A DNA stretch of 62,646 nt, the filler included, from Choristocarpus tenellus KU-1152 (taxonomy: Eukaryota; Protista; Phaeophyceae): the NCBI GenBank assembly GCA_964200185.2. It is 14 parts of 14 records of this genome, joined end to end, with 100 filler letters (N's around TTAATTAATTAA, not from the genome) between each part and the next. Parts side by side here need not be neighbours in the genome. Positions count along the whole stretch, not along the records: positions 38,188 to 41,860 come from CAXNAD020018587.1; positions 41,961 to 47,107 come from CAXNAD020011719.1; positions 47,208 to 50,408 come from CAXNAD020021588.1; positions 50,509 to 53,367 come from CAXNAD020024149.1; 10 more parts are not named here. One strand, written 5' to 3'. The position numbers and the translations under genes were made by a program. Shown here piece by piece: positions 39,222-51,769 of the stretch. How positions within the stretch are numbered: position 1 is the first letter of the stretch; every line of letters begins with the position of its first letter. The notes beneath the pieces were generated by a model. The model saw nothing but the letters and a program-made list of their open reading frames with translations, was not told the DNA's origin and did not search any database.

Positions 39222-41814
39222 ATGGCTCTAGATGATTCAACAACCTTCGACACGATTATCATCGGCTCTAGGAACGGAGCGTGCGGTTTCCTAAGCCAGT
39301 ACCTTGCTGACCGTGATAGCAATGAGGAGTTAAGGATATTAGTACTCGAGGAAGGCAAAGATCTTCGAGGTCAGCGATATATCCCACCAGGACAATTGGA
39401 CCAAAAGCTTCTCTGAGGGAGGTATGTTTAAGCTGATGCGCGCGGTAAGGATGGTGTCCATTGGAATGGTTGTGGAATGGATTGTCACAATTTCCTTAAA
39501 ACGCAGTGTAATGACCATTCCTTAGCCCATCAATAATCTCATATTTCATCAATACAAGTAGACTTCATGCGACGGTTCTCTTGGTGGTATGCATCTCTTG
39601 ATCTCGAACAGGTGTCCAGGTCTGGCGATCCTACCATTGCAAGCAAGGCGGCTGCAATGGGTGGCGGGGGCTCCATCAACTACACCATGTTCCATGAATC
39701 TTCTGCATGGCTTAAGGTGCAAATTGTTTTCATGCTGAGTACCATTGTATACTTCCGACTCGATCTGTCCTCCAGGTTTAATGTACCCTTGTGCTTCGTT
39801 TCCACTTATGATAGGGTATCGCTTGCTCCGTTGACCAGGCTGATATTGATAACACTTTGAGTTAGTGGGAAGATACTGACGTTCGAACGGATATTGTATG
39901 CAGGTAGTTTCTGCCTTCTCGTCCATTCTACTTCACCAAAAGGCTTGCTAGCTTTCCAACTTGTGGGGGCCATCCATGTCATCGTACCTTTCTCCCTACT
40001 CTCACTTTTCAGGCACACCTTGGAAACAGCATCGGGTACTGGGAAGAGCTCAAGGAGGAAGTCACAGCACGATTCCAGAGAGAGGCTCCATCCGTAGAAT
40101 CCTTCTCGCCCATCACTCAGCTAATTGTCGATGCTACAATGGCCAGCGACTACAAAATCAACAATTTTAATACAGGTGGAGTGCCAAACATGCGCCCTGA
40201 GGGTCCTAACGAACAAAGTGGACTGCTGCACCTCTTCCCAACACAATTCAACCGATTTGGGCAGCGAACACATAGTGGGGTCTCCCTTGTGGACTGGACA
40301 GATGCCAGCATCGAGATTCGCACCCGATGCAGGGTAGACTCGCTGCTATGGGAGTCTGCCACAGAGCCAGCGCTGGGCAAGGTTGGAGATGAAGAGTCAG
40401 AGGGAAGGTGTGTAGGTGTAACGGTTCAGAATATTAGCACTGACAGTACAGCACCTGCTACAGACCTGGAAAACATCTATTTATCACCATTGGGTAGTGG
40501 ATTGAAAGGTAAGGTGATCCTCTGTGCTGGTGCAGGAGGTACCCCACAGCTGCTTTGGAAGTACAAGGAGCAACTTGGAAGTGGTCAGATTGGTCAATAC
40601 ATGAATGACCATGTGCTCCTGCCGTTTGGGCTGTACGCTCCAAAGAGGTATGTTCTTTGTTCTGTTATGATGCTTACAGAAATTGAATGTATATGATCAA
40701 ACCATGTGAAAATTGCATCAAATGTCTCAGCCTTTTCAATAAATTTGAACAAATAAATAATATTGCAATGTGACCATGTACCTATTTCACCAAGTTTCTG
40801 GAGACCAAAAAAGCGATTGAAATGCATGCTTCAAATGTAGTAGCTGAGATCGAGATGACTCCATACCATGCAATATAGAGACCAGGCAATTGCTAAACTT
40901 GTGGAGCTTGATCCATGGTTGCTAGGACAGCTTCAGAAATCAGGGGAATTGGGAGTGCTGCCTAGCAGGAAATTCTTTTTATCTGGTGACTTTGAGCTGT
41001 AAAGGAATTATGTTGTACCTCATATTGTTTTCCATTACCATACTGTTGCACTGACCGTGGTGACCATACAATCTCCGATGCTGATATTAGGTATCTTTAT
41101 CAATGTGAGGCCCATAATTAGTAGTTGCACATGTGAGTAGCAATGTTTTGGAGCACAAAGCACACATTCAAGCACTTAGATTTACGATTTCATTACTACT
41201 GTTGTGAACTGATAAGAATCATGAGTGTGCAGTACGAACTGAACCAGTCGTTGCAAGACACAACTAGTCAGTATCAACCACTGTGAATAGCATTATGGAA
41301 TACAGACTCAGCTCTAAGCTCTGAAGGAGTGTGTGCTTGAGCTTTGCACAGTTGATATTCTGACCCCTCCCCCAAACAGAAAATGCATGCTACAGGACGA
41401 CTACCTATGGTTCACTCTCCTTCAATTACCTGAGATATCTGTGTCTGTGTGTATGTCTGCCTTGCCAAAACCTCTTGGGATTGCACTATGGCTATGTGGA
41501 GTGGACTCGAGATCACTGGACGAGATGTGTACGTGCCAGTGTTTGCAACCAAGGTCTTCAAGGCCGAGGATATCATGTCATCAGATGATGCTGATGTTGA
41601 TACCAATGACAGTATTGTGTGCTATGACTTCTTCTCTGGCAAACTTGCCGATCTAGATTTCCTAATCTCCCACTTATTTCTCGCCTTTGCTCCGAAGGGT
41701 CTTAAATCTCTGCTCATCAGTGAGCCAACATTATTCCAGTTTACAACCAACTTCCTTCGACTTGTCATCAGCATTATAAACTTTGCACGGGAGTACATCC
41801 TCAAAGGGAAAAAG
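39222..41814 (+). pseudogene. GMC (glucose-methanol-choline) family FAD oxidoreductase, 4 exons, frameshifted and 3'-truncated by the gap
   Basis: Exons: 39222-39444 (FDTIIIGSRNGACG...ILVLEEG, frameshift near 39363, then FEVSDISHQDNWTKSFSEG), 39612-39716 (MGGGGSIN), 40013-40647 (VILCAGAGGTPQLL...IGQYMNDH) and 41502-41814. Splice phases are compatible. Confidence 0.82.
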
Positions 41815-41960
41815 GTGTGTTCAACTCTTAAAGTAAATCTCATTTTGCTGCCAAGATTATNNNNNNNNNNNNNNNNNNNNNNNNNNNNNNNNNNNNNNNN
41901 NNNNTTAATTAATTAANNNNNNNNNNNNNNNNNNNNNNNNNNNNNNNNNNNNNNNNNNNN

Positions 41961-42939
41961 CCAAGGGGCTGAATTATAGCACTAGCACCATAAACAGGTT
42001 GTTGGATAATATGGGGGCCATGCCGAATCGCCGCTGGATCAAACCCAAGCTTAAATCGTGGCAAAAGGTATGGAGAATGGACTTTATTTGCGATCAAGTG
42101 GACTGGAAACGTGGTGTGTACGCCTCTATGACAAACACGATCCATGTGGCTGATACCTGGTTTTACGTGATGGTTGATGGGGAAAGGGTTAGGCTATTTC
42201 TGCATGAGGATGATAGCGACCTTCCAGGGTCCCCTACTTTGCAGCACAAGAGCCATATCCCCTAAACCATGATCATTGCAGCCAACCCCCGCCCAGATTC
42301 GGCTCACAGCTTTGACGGAAGCTTGGTGTTTGGCATGTGTGTGCGCCAAAAACGGCAGACAGGACAAGCAAGAACCATAAAAAGGGGAATGTGTACGAGC
42401 AGGACTGTACTTTAGACCATTTGTGGTACAAGAAGTTGTACATGGAGGAGTTACTGCCTGCAATCAAGACCAAGATGCCTTGGATGTAGAGGAAGCACGT
42501 TGTCATTCAGGAAGACGGTGCCACCCCCCACACGGGCAAGGGCAACTCAGAAATCGTGTCAGGGGCAAGGAGGACTGAGGGGTGGTCGATTAGGCTTATA
42601 ACGCAGTCATCTAACTCCCCTGACCTCAATATCATTGGCCTGTGCTTCTTTAGGTCTATGAAATGCCGGGTGATGGAGGAGCGGTTTGGGTCCGTTGTGG
42701 AGATGGAGAAGGTCATTAAGAAACAGTATGAGGAGTATGATGAAACCACACTTGAGAAGGCTTGGCAGCTCCATTTTGTGGTGTACAATCAAGTACCTAG
42801 ACACAAAGGGGGGAATAACTTCAGTGTGGAGCACACAGGGATAAGGAAGAGGCAGTTGTCTGGTGAGCTTGAAAACACGTCAAAGGTAGACAGGGAGACT
42901 TTTTCTGTGACCATTGAAATTGTGGTGAATGGGAAGTAA
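41961..42939 (+). mobile_element. Mariner-like transposase pseudogene (plant/oomycete DD39D-related clade)
   Basis: IHVADTWFYV...QHKSHIP*TMIIAANPRP...IQEDGATPH...TQSSNSPDLNIIGLCFF...HKGGNNF; contains stops and frameshifts. Confidence 0.9.
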
Positions 42940-43318
42940 TAATAATAAAAAGAAATGAATCTAACCAGAACTTCGTCAAGGATTCAAAATCTTCTTTCAG
43001 AAAAGAATTTCATCAAAATCGTCAAAAGTTATGGACAACGCGGCACAGACTTACGGCATGGAGGTAGTAATAAATCTTTCCTTCTCACTTTACCCCACCC
43101 TGTCTCATACGCACATGATACACATATATGAGTGTGTGTCTCCATGATGATATGTGCGAATATACTACGTCTTTTCTTCCTTAAATATTTGAGTGTGTGC
43201 ATGGAGGGGAAAGTGCCATATTTGTGGATGAACCTTTCCAGTAACGTTGCCGCCCTCATGACGATGCAAGCTTTTATTGGAGTGTTGTAGCATAACTGGT
43301 ACTCAAATAGTGAATACA

Positions 43319-43470
43319 GGGTCGAAGTATCTGAGGGGGGGAGGGGGGGGTCTACACAATGGTATCCATTCGGACCCTGACCAGGAAAAATGTCATAAAA
43401 AAAACGTGGGAAGCAAAGCCCTGAACGGACAAAGAGGGCAAAACTCGTACCCTCCAAGATACTTTCACTT
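43319..43470. mobile_element. Hybrid MITE (family A end joined to a family B end)
   Basis: gggtcgaagtatctgagggg...tctacac...accaggaaaaatgtcat...gggcaaaactcgtaccctccaagatactttcact. Confidence 0.75.
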
Positions 43471-43527
43471 GTATCACATAACCTAACCTCAATTTTGAAC
43501 CCATCCCCGGGTCACCCATCAAAAACA

Positions 43528-43707
43528 GGCTCAAAGTATCTGGGGGGGGGTGGCGGCTCTCCATTTGGGGTCAATTTTTTCATGTCGCGATTTTTGGGAG
43601 ATTTGGTTCCATACATTGGATGGATAATGAAAGTGCACTTTTCCTGGTTTTGACCTAAATTGACACTCTGGTGTACACCCCCCCCCCCCCCCCAGATACT
43701 TTGGGTC
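43528..43707 (+). mobile_element. Full MITE family A copy
   Basis: aca|ggctcaaagtatctggggg...cccagatactttgggtc|aca. Confidence 0.9.
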
Positions 43708-43863
43708 ACACAATAAAAAATGAGTTGTTACATCGTGGAAGTCTCGGTAGGATCTCCATGTTACAGCACGCTCCAGAACCTTACCTCAACAGGATGTATA
43801 GCTCCAATCCACAAGCTTACAGAAAATGCTGATTCTCACGCGAGCCTATCAGGATACTTCAAC

Positions 43864-43949
43864 AGTCCAGAGGAGTCCAGAGGAGTTCAGAGGAGTCCAG
43901 AGGAGTCCAGAGGAGTCCAGAGGAGTCCAGAGGAGTCCAGAGGAGTCCA
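43864..43949. repeat. 10-bp minisatellite (AGTCCAGAGG), about 8.5 copies
   Basis: Directly visible, with one variant unit (agttcag). Confidence 0.97.
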
Positions 43950-45721
43950 TCGCACATCAGGTTAGTCGAACGTCAGCTCAACAGAACAGGGGTACTTTTC
44001 TCAGTCAATATCAGTATATGAATTTGGTATCGGAATTAAGAAAAGTGATGAGAGGGGATTGATTATCCAATGCTCTTCATTATTTCTTTCATCATCGTCA
44101 TTTACCTTTTATTTGTTTTGGCTAACTGAAGTTGGAATACATCTGAAAACTGTTGCAACATTCCCAAGATGCAGATAGTACTCTGCAACCTTTAGCAAAT
44201 CGTAGTTCCTCTTAAAAAGGTTCCCCACGCGTGTATACTGCTCGCGCTTGTTAGAATCGAGAAGAAATACTCGCGCTATTCGCCTGTAACATATTCCCCA
44301 GCATAAACTAGGAATACATATTTCTCGCTTACCACAGGCGATAATCATGGATCAGGATAATAAATATAATCCATCGTATTAGATCATGTTGCGGCGGCAT
44401 AATTGCCACTAGGTAACATAAGGGCTTCAGTTCCGACTCTGCCAGTTGTTTCCAACATAGGGACTCCAGTTCCAAATTAACTCATGGATTCCAACAACGA
44501 TCGACAAATCTCCTCATTTCCTTTGAGAAAGGATCCCCAAAAGTCTTTAGACACTGTCAAGATCAATATATATCTGACCATATCAGAGTATATACTTTTA
44601 TTTAAAATATATACAACTCCAACTAGTTCCAAAATATCTCAACAAATATCCTTGTTTTCCTTGGGAATTTTTTCCCCAGGGTCACAGAATACTATCATGA
44701 TCAGTTTGCACCCGGCCTAATCTGAGTATACACTTGCTCCTTCTGAAACACACCTTCAAAATTAAGAAAGTATATATCTCTGATATGACCTAAAATGAAT
44801 GGGTCCCCAGCTCCGATCTCTCTAATCACAAATATCATTAATTTATCAATGTTCACTTTGAAGTGTCCACAAGGTCACACATAGCAGTCTGCGTCGAATT
44901 GTGCCTGCCCTAATCCGAATACACACTTGTTTCTTCTGAACTGAATTTCAAAAGTTGTAAAGTACATAGTTCTGATTAGGGCTGCAAACCATGGGTCCTC
45001 CGTTCAATCTTCCCAGTTATAAATGCAAGTCCTATCAAGGATTAAACTTATATTATTCATGACCTACTCGACATCTGATTATTGCCTGTCCTATGCCCCC
45101 CAAGTACAAAGCATACTCAAGGCTGCTATTGTGCAAAACAGGCAATGAAAAAAATTTGAAATGAAATAAAGAAATAAGGAAATAAAGAAGAGTCAATGAG
45201 AGCAACAAATAATAATAATGAATAAATAAAAGGAAAAATAAAAACGGAGTAAAAAAAGAAAGGAAAGAAAAATGGGAGAAAAAAGGAAAACAATTACTAA
45301 AAATAAAAAGGGGTAATAATATAAAGGAAAGAAAATAATCGATGGATGATGAGCATAAAAAAAATGGAAACTGAATAAATAATAATTAAATAAATGTTTA
45401 GAACTTTTTATATACACATATGTATATAGTTTTCATTGGTTTCCCCCTGACATCTGCAAAATGTCAGAGGGCATAATAATAAAAAAAAAAGAAAAGAAAA
45501 GAAAAAAGAACAAGAATCGCGGTGAATAATGAGAGTAACAACTACGAAAAAAATGAAATAAAAATAAAGGGATGATGGGATCAGAACCTAAAATAAGTAA
45601 ACGTTAGAACAGAAGGGTGAGATAAAAGAAAATGTATATATATATAAAATAGAAAATTCAAGATCACAGAGAGCAGTTACAACATAGAAAAGAGGAAAAA
45701 AAAGTTAGACAGTGCCAAAAT

Positions 45722-45890
45722 AATACCTTAATCACACCTATTGAAAATATTGAAAAGCCCTTTGTTAAATCAAAACGATAATTGGTGACCCGAACAGATT
45801 TTATTCTGTGCTTAACGAGCATGGACTGAATATAATAGAAACAAAATCATTTCCAGAGTCTAATATACAGGAAATATCAAAATATCTAAC
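45722..45890 (+). pseudogene. lpxK: Decayed fragment of a bacterial tetraacyldisaccharide 4'-kinase (Rickettsiales-like)
   Basis: NTLITPIENIEK(frameshift)..IGDPNRFYSVLNEHGLNIIETKSFP matches the LpxK C-terminal motif (Rickettsia, from memory: NAQIVPSNNIDK...[28 protein letters not shown]). Confidence 0.6.
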
Positions 45891-45990
45891 ATGAACAAAA
45901 TTTGATAATATTTTTTCGACTGATCATCTCAAGTCTTTTGTAGCGGTCATTGTGTTTTTGCTAAGTCTGATACCAACACACTTGAAATTA

Positions 45991-46265
45991 ATGCTTGTAA
46001 AATTTATTATTAAACCATCTAATAAACTTTCTAGTATTTATATTATTATGCCCTCTGACATTTTGCAGATGTGTCAGGGGGGAACAGCTCAGCTCTTAAA
46101 ATTTTAGCTGAGAGCATGACATAAAACCTTTCTTAAGTTTCTCTCATATATTCCATGATGGAGTATGTGCCAATTCAATTTTATAGAAGGGGTTGGAGTT
46201 CTAATACTGGTAACCTATTTGCGGGATTAATCTTTAAGAACTCTTTACGTCTCAGCCAGTAATCA
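45991..46265 (-). pseudogene. Decayed alphaproteobacterial glutathione S-transferase (FzlA-like) fragment, split by a ~52-bp retroelement 3' end
   Basis: DYWLRRKEFLKINPANRLPVLE...IGTYSIMEYMRET*ERFYVM...LRAE|insertion 46036-46087|TRKFIRWFNNKFYK. Confidence 0.75.
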
Positions 46266-47640
46266 TTAATACTTTAGTGTGCGTGATTGATTTTTCCATT
46301 TTTATTCCGATGGTTAAATTTAAAGTAATATCTTGGATAAAGATTGTTGCCATACTTGCCATATATATCAGGAGTAAGTAGATGGGAACCTAAGGAAGAC
46401 AGTAGTACAATATTTGATAGTGGTGAAGTAACTGATTATTAGTGGTTTCCATACTTAAAATGTTTTACAGTGTTCTTATGTTTAGAATACTCTATTTCTT
46501 TAGGGCTAATAACGACACGTATATATATATAGTTTTTATTGGTGTCCCCCGACACATCTGCAAAATGTCAGAGGGCATAATAATAATATATGTTTTACAA
46601 AGTAATGCGAGAATAATTGTAAGATTATCTACAAGTTTTTTAGCTTCTCAAGAATATTCTTCTACGTCAAATAAAGAAGAAAAAAAAGGATAACTAATAT
46701 TTCAGTAAATTTATAGCGTTTAATTAAAGTTTGCTGTACATATATGTGGAAAGCATATATATATATAGTGTTTTTATGTTTAGGATACTTTGTTTCCTTA
46801 GGGCTAATAACGACATACGTATTTTTATTATTATGCCCTCTGCCATTTTGCAGATGTGTCAGAGGGGAAACCAATGAAAACTATATATATGTCGTTATTA
46901 GCCTTAAGGAAATAAAATATCCCAAACGTAAACATATGTATAGTTTTCATTGGTTTCCCCCCTGACACACCTGCAAAATGGCAGAGGGCATAATAAAATA
47001 ATAATACCGGTGCTCGCTCCACCTCAACTGCATGGTCAGCCTCTGCGAAGATGCCAACCATCCTTTCACATGCCCCCACTGCAGAACACACTTACCCATC
47101 CCCACACNNNNNNNNNNNNNNNNNNNNNNNNNNNNNNNNNNNNNNNNNNNNTTAATTAATTAANNNNNNNNNNNNNNNNNNNNNNNNNNNNNNNNNNNNN
47201 NNNNNNNACAGGGCAAAACTCGTACCCTCTAAGATACTTTCACTCGTTTCGTGTGTGTAATGTTTGCCTGTTTGATACTTTTGCTAGCACTAGCGCACAT
47301 ATTTCTTAGCGCTTTGCTTATTTTTTGTAGTAAGTACTAGTATTTTGTTATGCTCACTGATATTTTGCCAAGCATGATAAAAGGTTGATATAAGATAAAC
47401 ACAATATCAACAGAGTCTGTATCACCTATAACAATGGCCTTCTGATATACCAAGCATTGTTGCATTTGAAAAAATAAACCAACTCCGTCTACACCAGGTA
47501 CCTATGTAGTTATTATTATTGCATTTTTATCTAAAATATCCAACAAACACAAGATACGGTTATGACGACATAGAATCCTTCCCCATCATCCCTCTCTCCC
47601 CTCGGTTCCCTGCCTCCCTCCCTCTTGAAAGGGAAAATAT

Positions 47641-47874
47641 GGGTCAAAGTATCTGGGTGTCCATTCGGGTCCTGACCATGTGTTGAAAAAATGGTCTATG
47701 TCAGTGTTGTAGTCGTGGAGGGTTGGTCCTGTTTTTAGTATATGTGGAATATCCTGCCCTTGGGATATGTCCTTAGCGCTTGGGTTCTGTCAAACTTGAT
47801 CAAAACGAAATCACGACATGGAAAAATGGGCCCCAAATGGACAGCTGCCACCCCCCCCCTAGATACTTTGACTC
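47641..47874 (-). mobile_element. MITE family A derivative with replaced interior and 4-bp TSD (ATAT)
   Basis: atat|gggtcaaagtatctggg...ccctagatactttgactc|atat. Confidence 0.75.
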
Positions 47875-48029
47875 ATATCTGGAACGAGCAGCCCATTAAA
47901 TCATGACTTTCATCCTCTCATCATTCCGTGATGTTGTGGGTGATGGTTAGTAATCTGGTAATCATTGTCGAAGTAGTCCATAACCCTAACTATTTGAAGG
48001 ACTTGTTCTGGCATCTCATTCTCCAGAAA

Positions 48030-48420
48030 AGTTCATCTGGCCCATCCATCTCTCATGTATATGAATGTAATCCTGACTCTCATGGCATCTTGGCATTCAA
48101 CACCAATTTCTGCAGTCTAGCAATTTCCTCATCTGAATGGATTAGGAAATACTCCCTTATCTATTTCTACGCTTCAGAAGGTGAAGTGCATTGCGAACAA
48201 TGTACCTGAATAATCCATTAATGCTCCTCAGGAGGATGTCATGTGCCTTCTTGGCATTGAAGACTTCTTCTTCACTCACCCCTTCCTACTTGATGAAGTC
48301 GACGCTGTCCACCTGAAGAGGGTCCTCCCTATCGTCCAGCACTTGGTCGATGTTGACCTTTGTACCCAAGAAAGTATGTGTTGTGGCGAACCGGTCAAGC
48401 ACAATTGTCATCTGACAATT
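48030..48420 (-). mobile_element. Copia-like gag remnant
   Basis: EEEVFNAKKAHDILL...PSEA*K*IREYF...EIARLQKLVLNAKMP (UBN2-like pattern). A related piece at about 50105-50205 (+) reads IRVGDIDFI*KEAVDEEEITKA. Confidence 0.4.
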
Positions 48421-51400
48421 GGAGATTTGTTTGGAAACCCTCAGAGGCCATGAGTGCAGTCTACCTACCCAGCCACGCCAGACCTAGCTGCGCCTCCTCT
48501 AGCTAGAGCGCTGAAAAGCTTCGCATATGAAGGCTTGTCACTGAGAACTGCTGGTGGGTTACATGGTAAATATGGACTGATAATTAATTATCTGGTGCTG
48601 TTCATGTCCATCATACTACGTGACTCACTTACTGAGTTATCATACTGCTACGTACAATATTACTATATTATTGTACCAAACATTACATAAAAGTGCATGA
48701 GACTGTCACACTGTGTCACATGATCGTATTAGCACATACAACGTAAGCATAACACCAGTTCGTGACAAGTTACGCGCCAATTTATTTTCAGGTTAGTTCT
48801 ACCCTCGAATCAATTATGTAGGGACCTGGTGGTGTTGGATTATCTGTTAATATATCATATGGTAATTCTGATGATGTTCTTTTCTGATTATCCATGTGGA
48901 CGTTGCAAATCCCACATGGTAGCCTACACCTGTCTCATCCCAACTGCTTCAGTCAATGGAATTGAGACCGCAAGACCCTTGTAACAGTAATGCTATATAT
49001 TCACACCAAGTCAGGTATGTTCCTTTGGTAAAGTATATCACAGATCGACTTGACCACAGGTCTAGTTTGGGATACTACCGGCATTACCTGCATTACAGAT
49101 CATGTCGCATTGTGTTACTTGCGTAGAATGCACGATACCATCAACATGCTTATTGGGCTAGTACACTTCAAGTTTATGATCTCGGTGTCAAACACCAGCA
49201 TGGTAAGCTAAATGTTATACCTGAAACTATATCGTATTTTCAAGTTCGAGGAACAAGAGAAGTCCGCTTATCAAACCCTGGCACATGTCTGTTGTAATGT
49301 ACCCAGTTGTAACGGTTAATTTATTACACGTATTCAAAAGGAATATGACCTCGACCAAGCAATATCCGTCCAAAGTGATCATTAACTCTATTTTCTAGTA
49401 GTTCCACCACTACACTACAGTGGACCTGGAACAATTGGGTGTTGAGCAAGAGTTCGAGTTTTGGACCATATTTCAAGTATTTTCAGTCCCACAGTGTCAC
49501 CCCACAACCTGATAAGGAAACGACTAAGTTCATGAGTTAAAGTATCTTAGAGGGTGGTAAGAGTTTCGCCCTGTTTGTTCATTTGGGGCTTGGCTTCCCT
49601 CGGAGTTTTTATGACATTTTCCTACTCCAAAATATTTCGGAGTAGGTAAAATGTACACGTTATGAAAAGGTGTGTCTAGAACAAAGATATTGACACTCCC
49701 TAACAAACACTACAGCCAAAATTACATCCAAATCGCAACATTGGATTTTGTGTCGAATAACCTAGTGTTATTCTTAGGTTATCTGTGCTGATCCAAGTAA
49801 ACAACATAGCTAATGTGTACGTTGATCTTCAGTTTAGTACAATACAAGTTAGTAACGTACACAGTCGTATGTTATGGTGAGTTAGTGGGACATTAGTGGG
49901 ACAACAGCATCAAGTGGACAATACCCGAAACACAATTTTAATAATTTAGTGTATGCTTTACATTGTAATTCAACTGCTAGCTTTCGGCGACCAGCCTTAT
50001 GTGCGCCAAGTTTTTCAACACGCTTAAGCATTTAACACAAACTCTGGCCAGGGGAGGTGCAGCCGGACTGGTTTTTTTGAATTAGGTATTGCATCACTCA
50101 TGGCTTCTGATGGGTCTCACACAGGGTCAGAAGAAACTCATCAGAGTGGGTGATATTGATTTCATCTAGAAGGAAGCTGTGGATGAAGAAGAGATCACCA
50201 AAGCCAGCGTTCGAGAGCTACGACACAGCAAGCTGCTCGTTCGCGCTACTTCTCACTCCGACGAGAGGTAGGAGATCGTGGAGAGCCTGGAAGCGCTCTG
50301 ACCGCGAGGACCGTGAAAAAGGCTGGGCGAGGTGGCAGCCAGGATACGACTGGTCACCGTATTGGAGATCGCGGAGAGCCCGGGAGCGCTCTGACCGCGA
50401 GGACAGATNNNNNNNNNNNNNNNNNNNNNNNNNNNNNNNNNNNNNNNNNNNNTTAATTAATTAANNNNNNNNNNNNNNNNNNNNNNNNNNNNNNNNNNNN
50501 NNNNNNNNCGCACCATTTTCGGTCAAAACCATCCTCAATAGTACGCTCCATCCTCAATTTTTTAAATCCACTGTTCCTTGTTGGTGTCTTGTACAGAATG
50601 AACGCAAATGGAACGAGCATTGATCGGTCTGCACAGTTCCCACGGTTTTACATCTACCACCTCTACTGCTGTACATCTGGAGAGAGGTCTAACCAACCGC
50701 TGATGATATTGCCTCCTCAAGTCACCTGGTGGAATATTGACAAAATAAGCTGATGAAACGGTGTGAAAACGGTTTCGGATGCTTCTATTTTTATTTGTAA
50801 ATGTGATTTTGTCCCATAATGATCTCCCTCCTCTCTAGTCGCCGACAGGATACACCTTAATATCTCCCAACCCTAACCCTAACACCGATCCAGCAACCTA
50901 TGAATATTTCCACAGCACTAGTCCAACAAAAAAATGTTAATTGTCTATACCCCTTGTTAAACAATATAGAGTAAATAGGAATAATTGTGAATACTACTAC
51001 TAATAATGGCAATACTAATAGTAAAATAACAAGAACAAGAACAAGAACAAGAACAAGTAATTACGGAATAATTCAATGATAAAACTAAAATTGGTAACAC
51101 TAAAATAATGATCTAATACATGTTACTATGGAGTGCTTGATTTGGAAAGAAGTATTTTGTAAATATTTTTCGTTTACTGCACAATAACGCAGACCTTAAA
51201 AAAACGATACAAGAATGATATCTCATCATTATTGGGTCAAACGTAAACCAGCTTGTTCAGCATTTCACGCAATACTGGCCCTGCAAACAGTTTTACTACC
51301 TCCTCCTGCTATCCCTCCACACAAAAATAAACATCATCCATCAGATCCCCACCACAATATGTCACATTACTAACTGAATATATATTTTTTACTTAGACAG

Positions 51401-51769
51401 ATCATCGTATGTAGTGATCAATACTTCCTCCATTCGAAATCAACTGTAACACAACTTTGGCAAGCTCCAATCTCGCCTATGAAGGACCCACGTGATAAAC
51501 CCTCCAGGTGAGGCTTGGTTCTCATGTGGATTGGGAGGTGTGCAGGTCTTGAGATGGAGTGTGGAGGATCACCAGTGCAAAGTCAACTAATTCACATTGG
51601 ACAGAGTTTTAAACCTCGTGAAAATGTCAAAGTGAGTATTAATTGGGATCCTTAGGAGAAAGGCCTTGGGTCGTTTGAGCAGCTCGCTCATCCCGTCATC
51701 GCTAGGCAGCCCCAGTTCTCTAGCCCAGAAGTCTGTCCGGGTTCCAGATTCAAACACCCCGACATAGAA

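Larger units (their letters stand above)
45428..47005. mobile_element. Cluster of short 3'-end copies of the RLE-LINE (stem-loop plus TAA tail), in both orientations and partly nested
   Basis: gttttcattggtttccccctgacacatctgcaaaatgtcagagggcataataat at 45428-45480 (+), 46036-46087 (-), 46470-46588 (+) and 46826-46936 (-). The last is nested within a split copy at 46756-46825 / 46937-47005 (+). Confidence 0.85.

Noticed and set aside
43864-43949. CRISPR-like array (also considered for 19481-19632 and the MITE copies)
   Set aside because: These are head-to-tail repeats without unique spacers, with no cas genes and in a eukaryotic context.
50745-50785. Hammerhead ribozyme at ctgatga motifs (also 57021-57050)
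   Set aside because: Stems II/III or the GAAA core cannot be formed properly.
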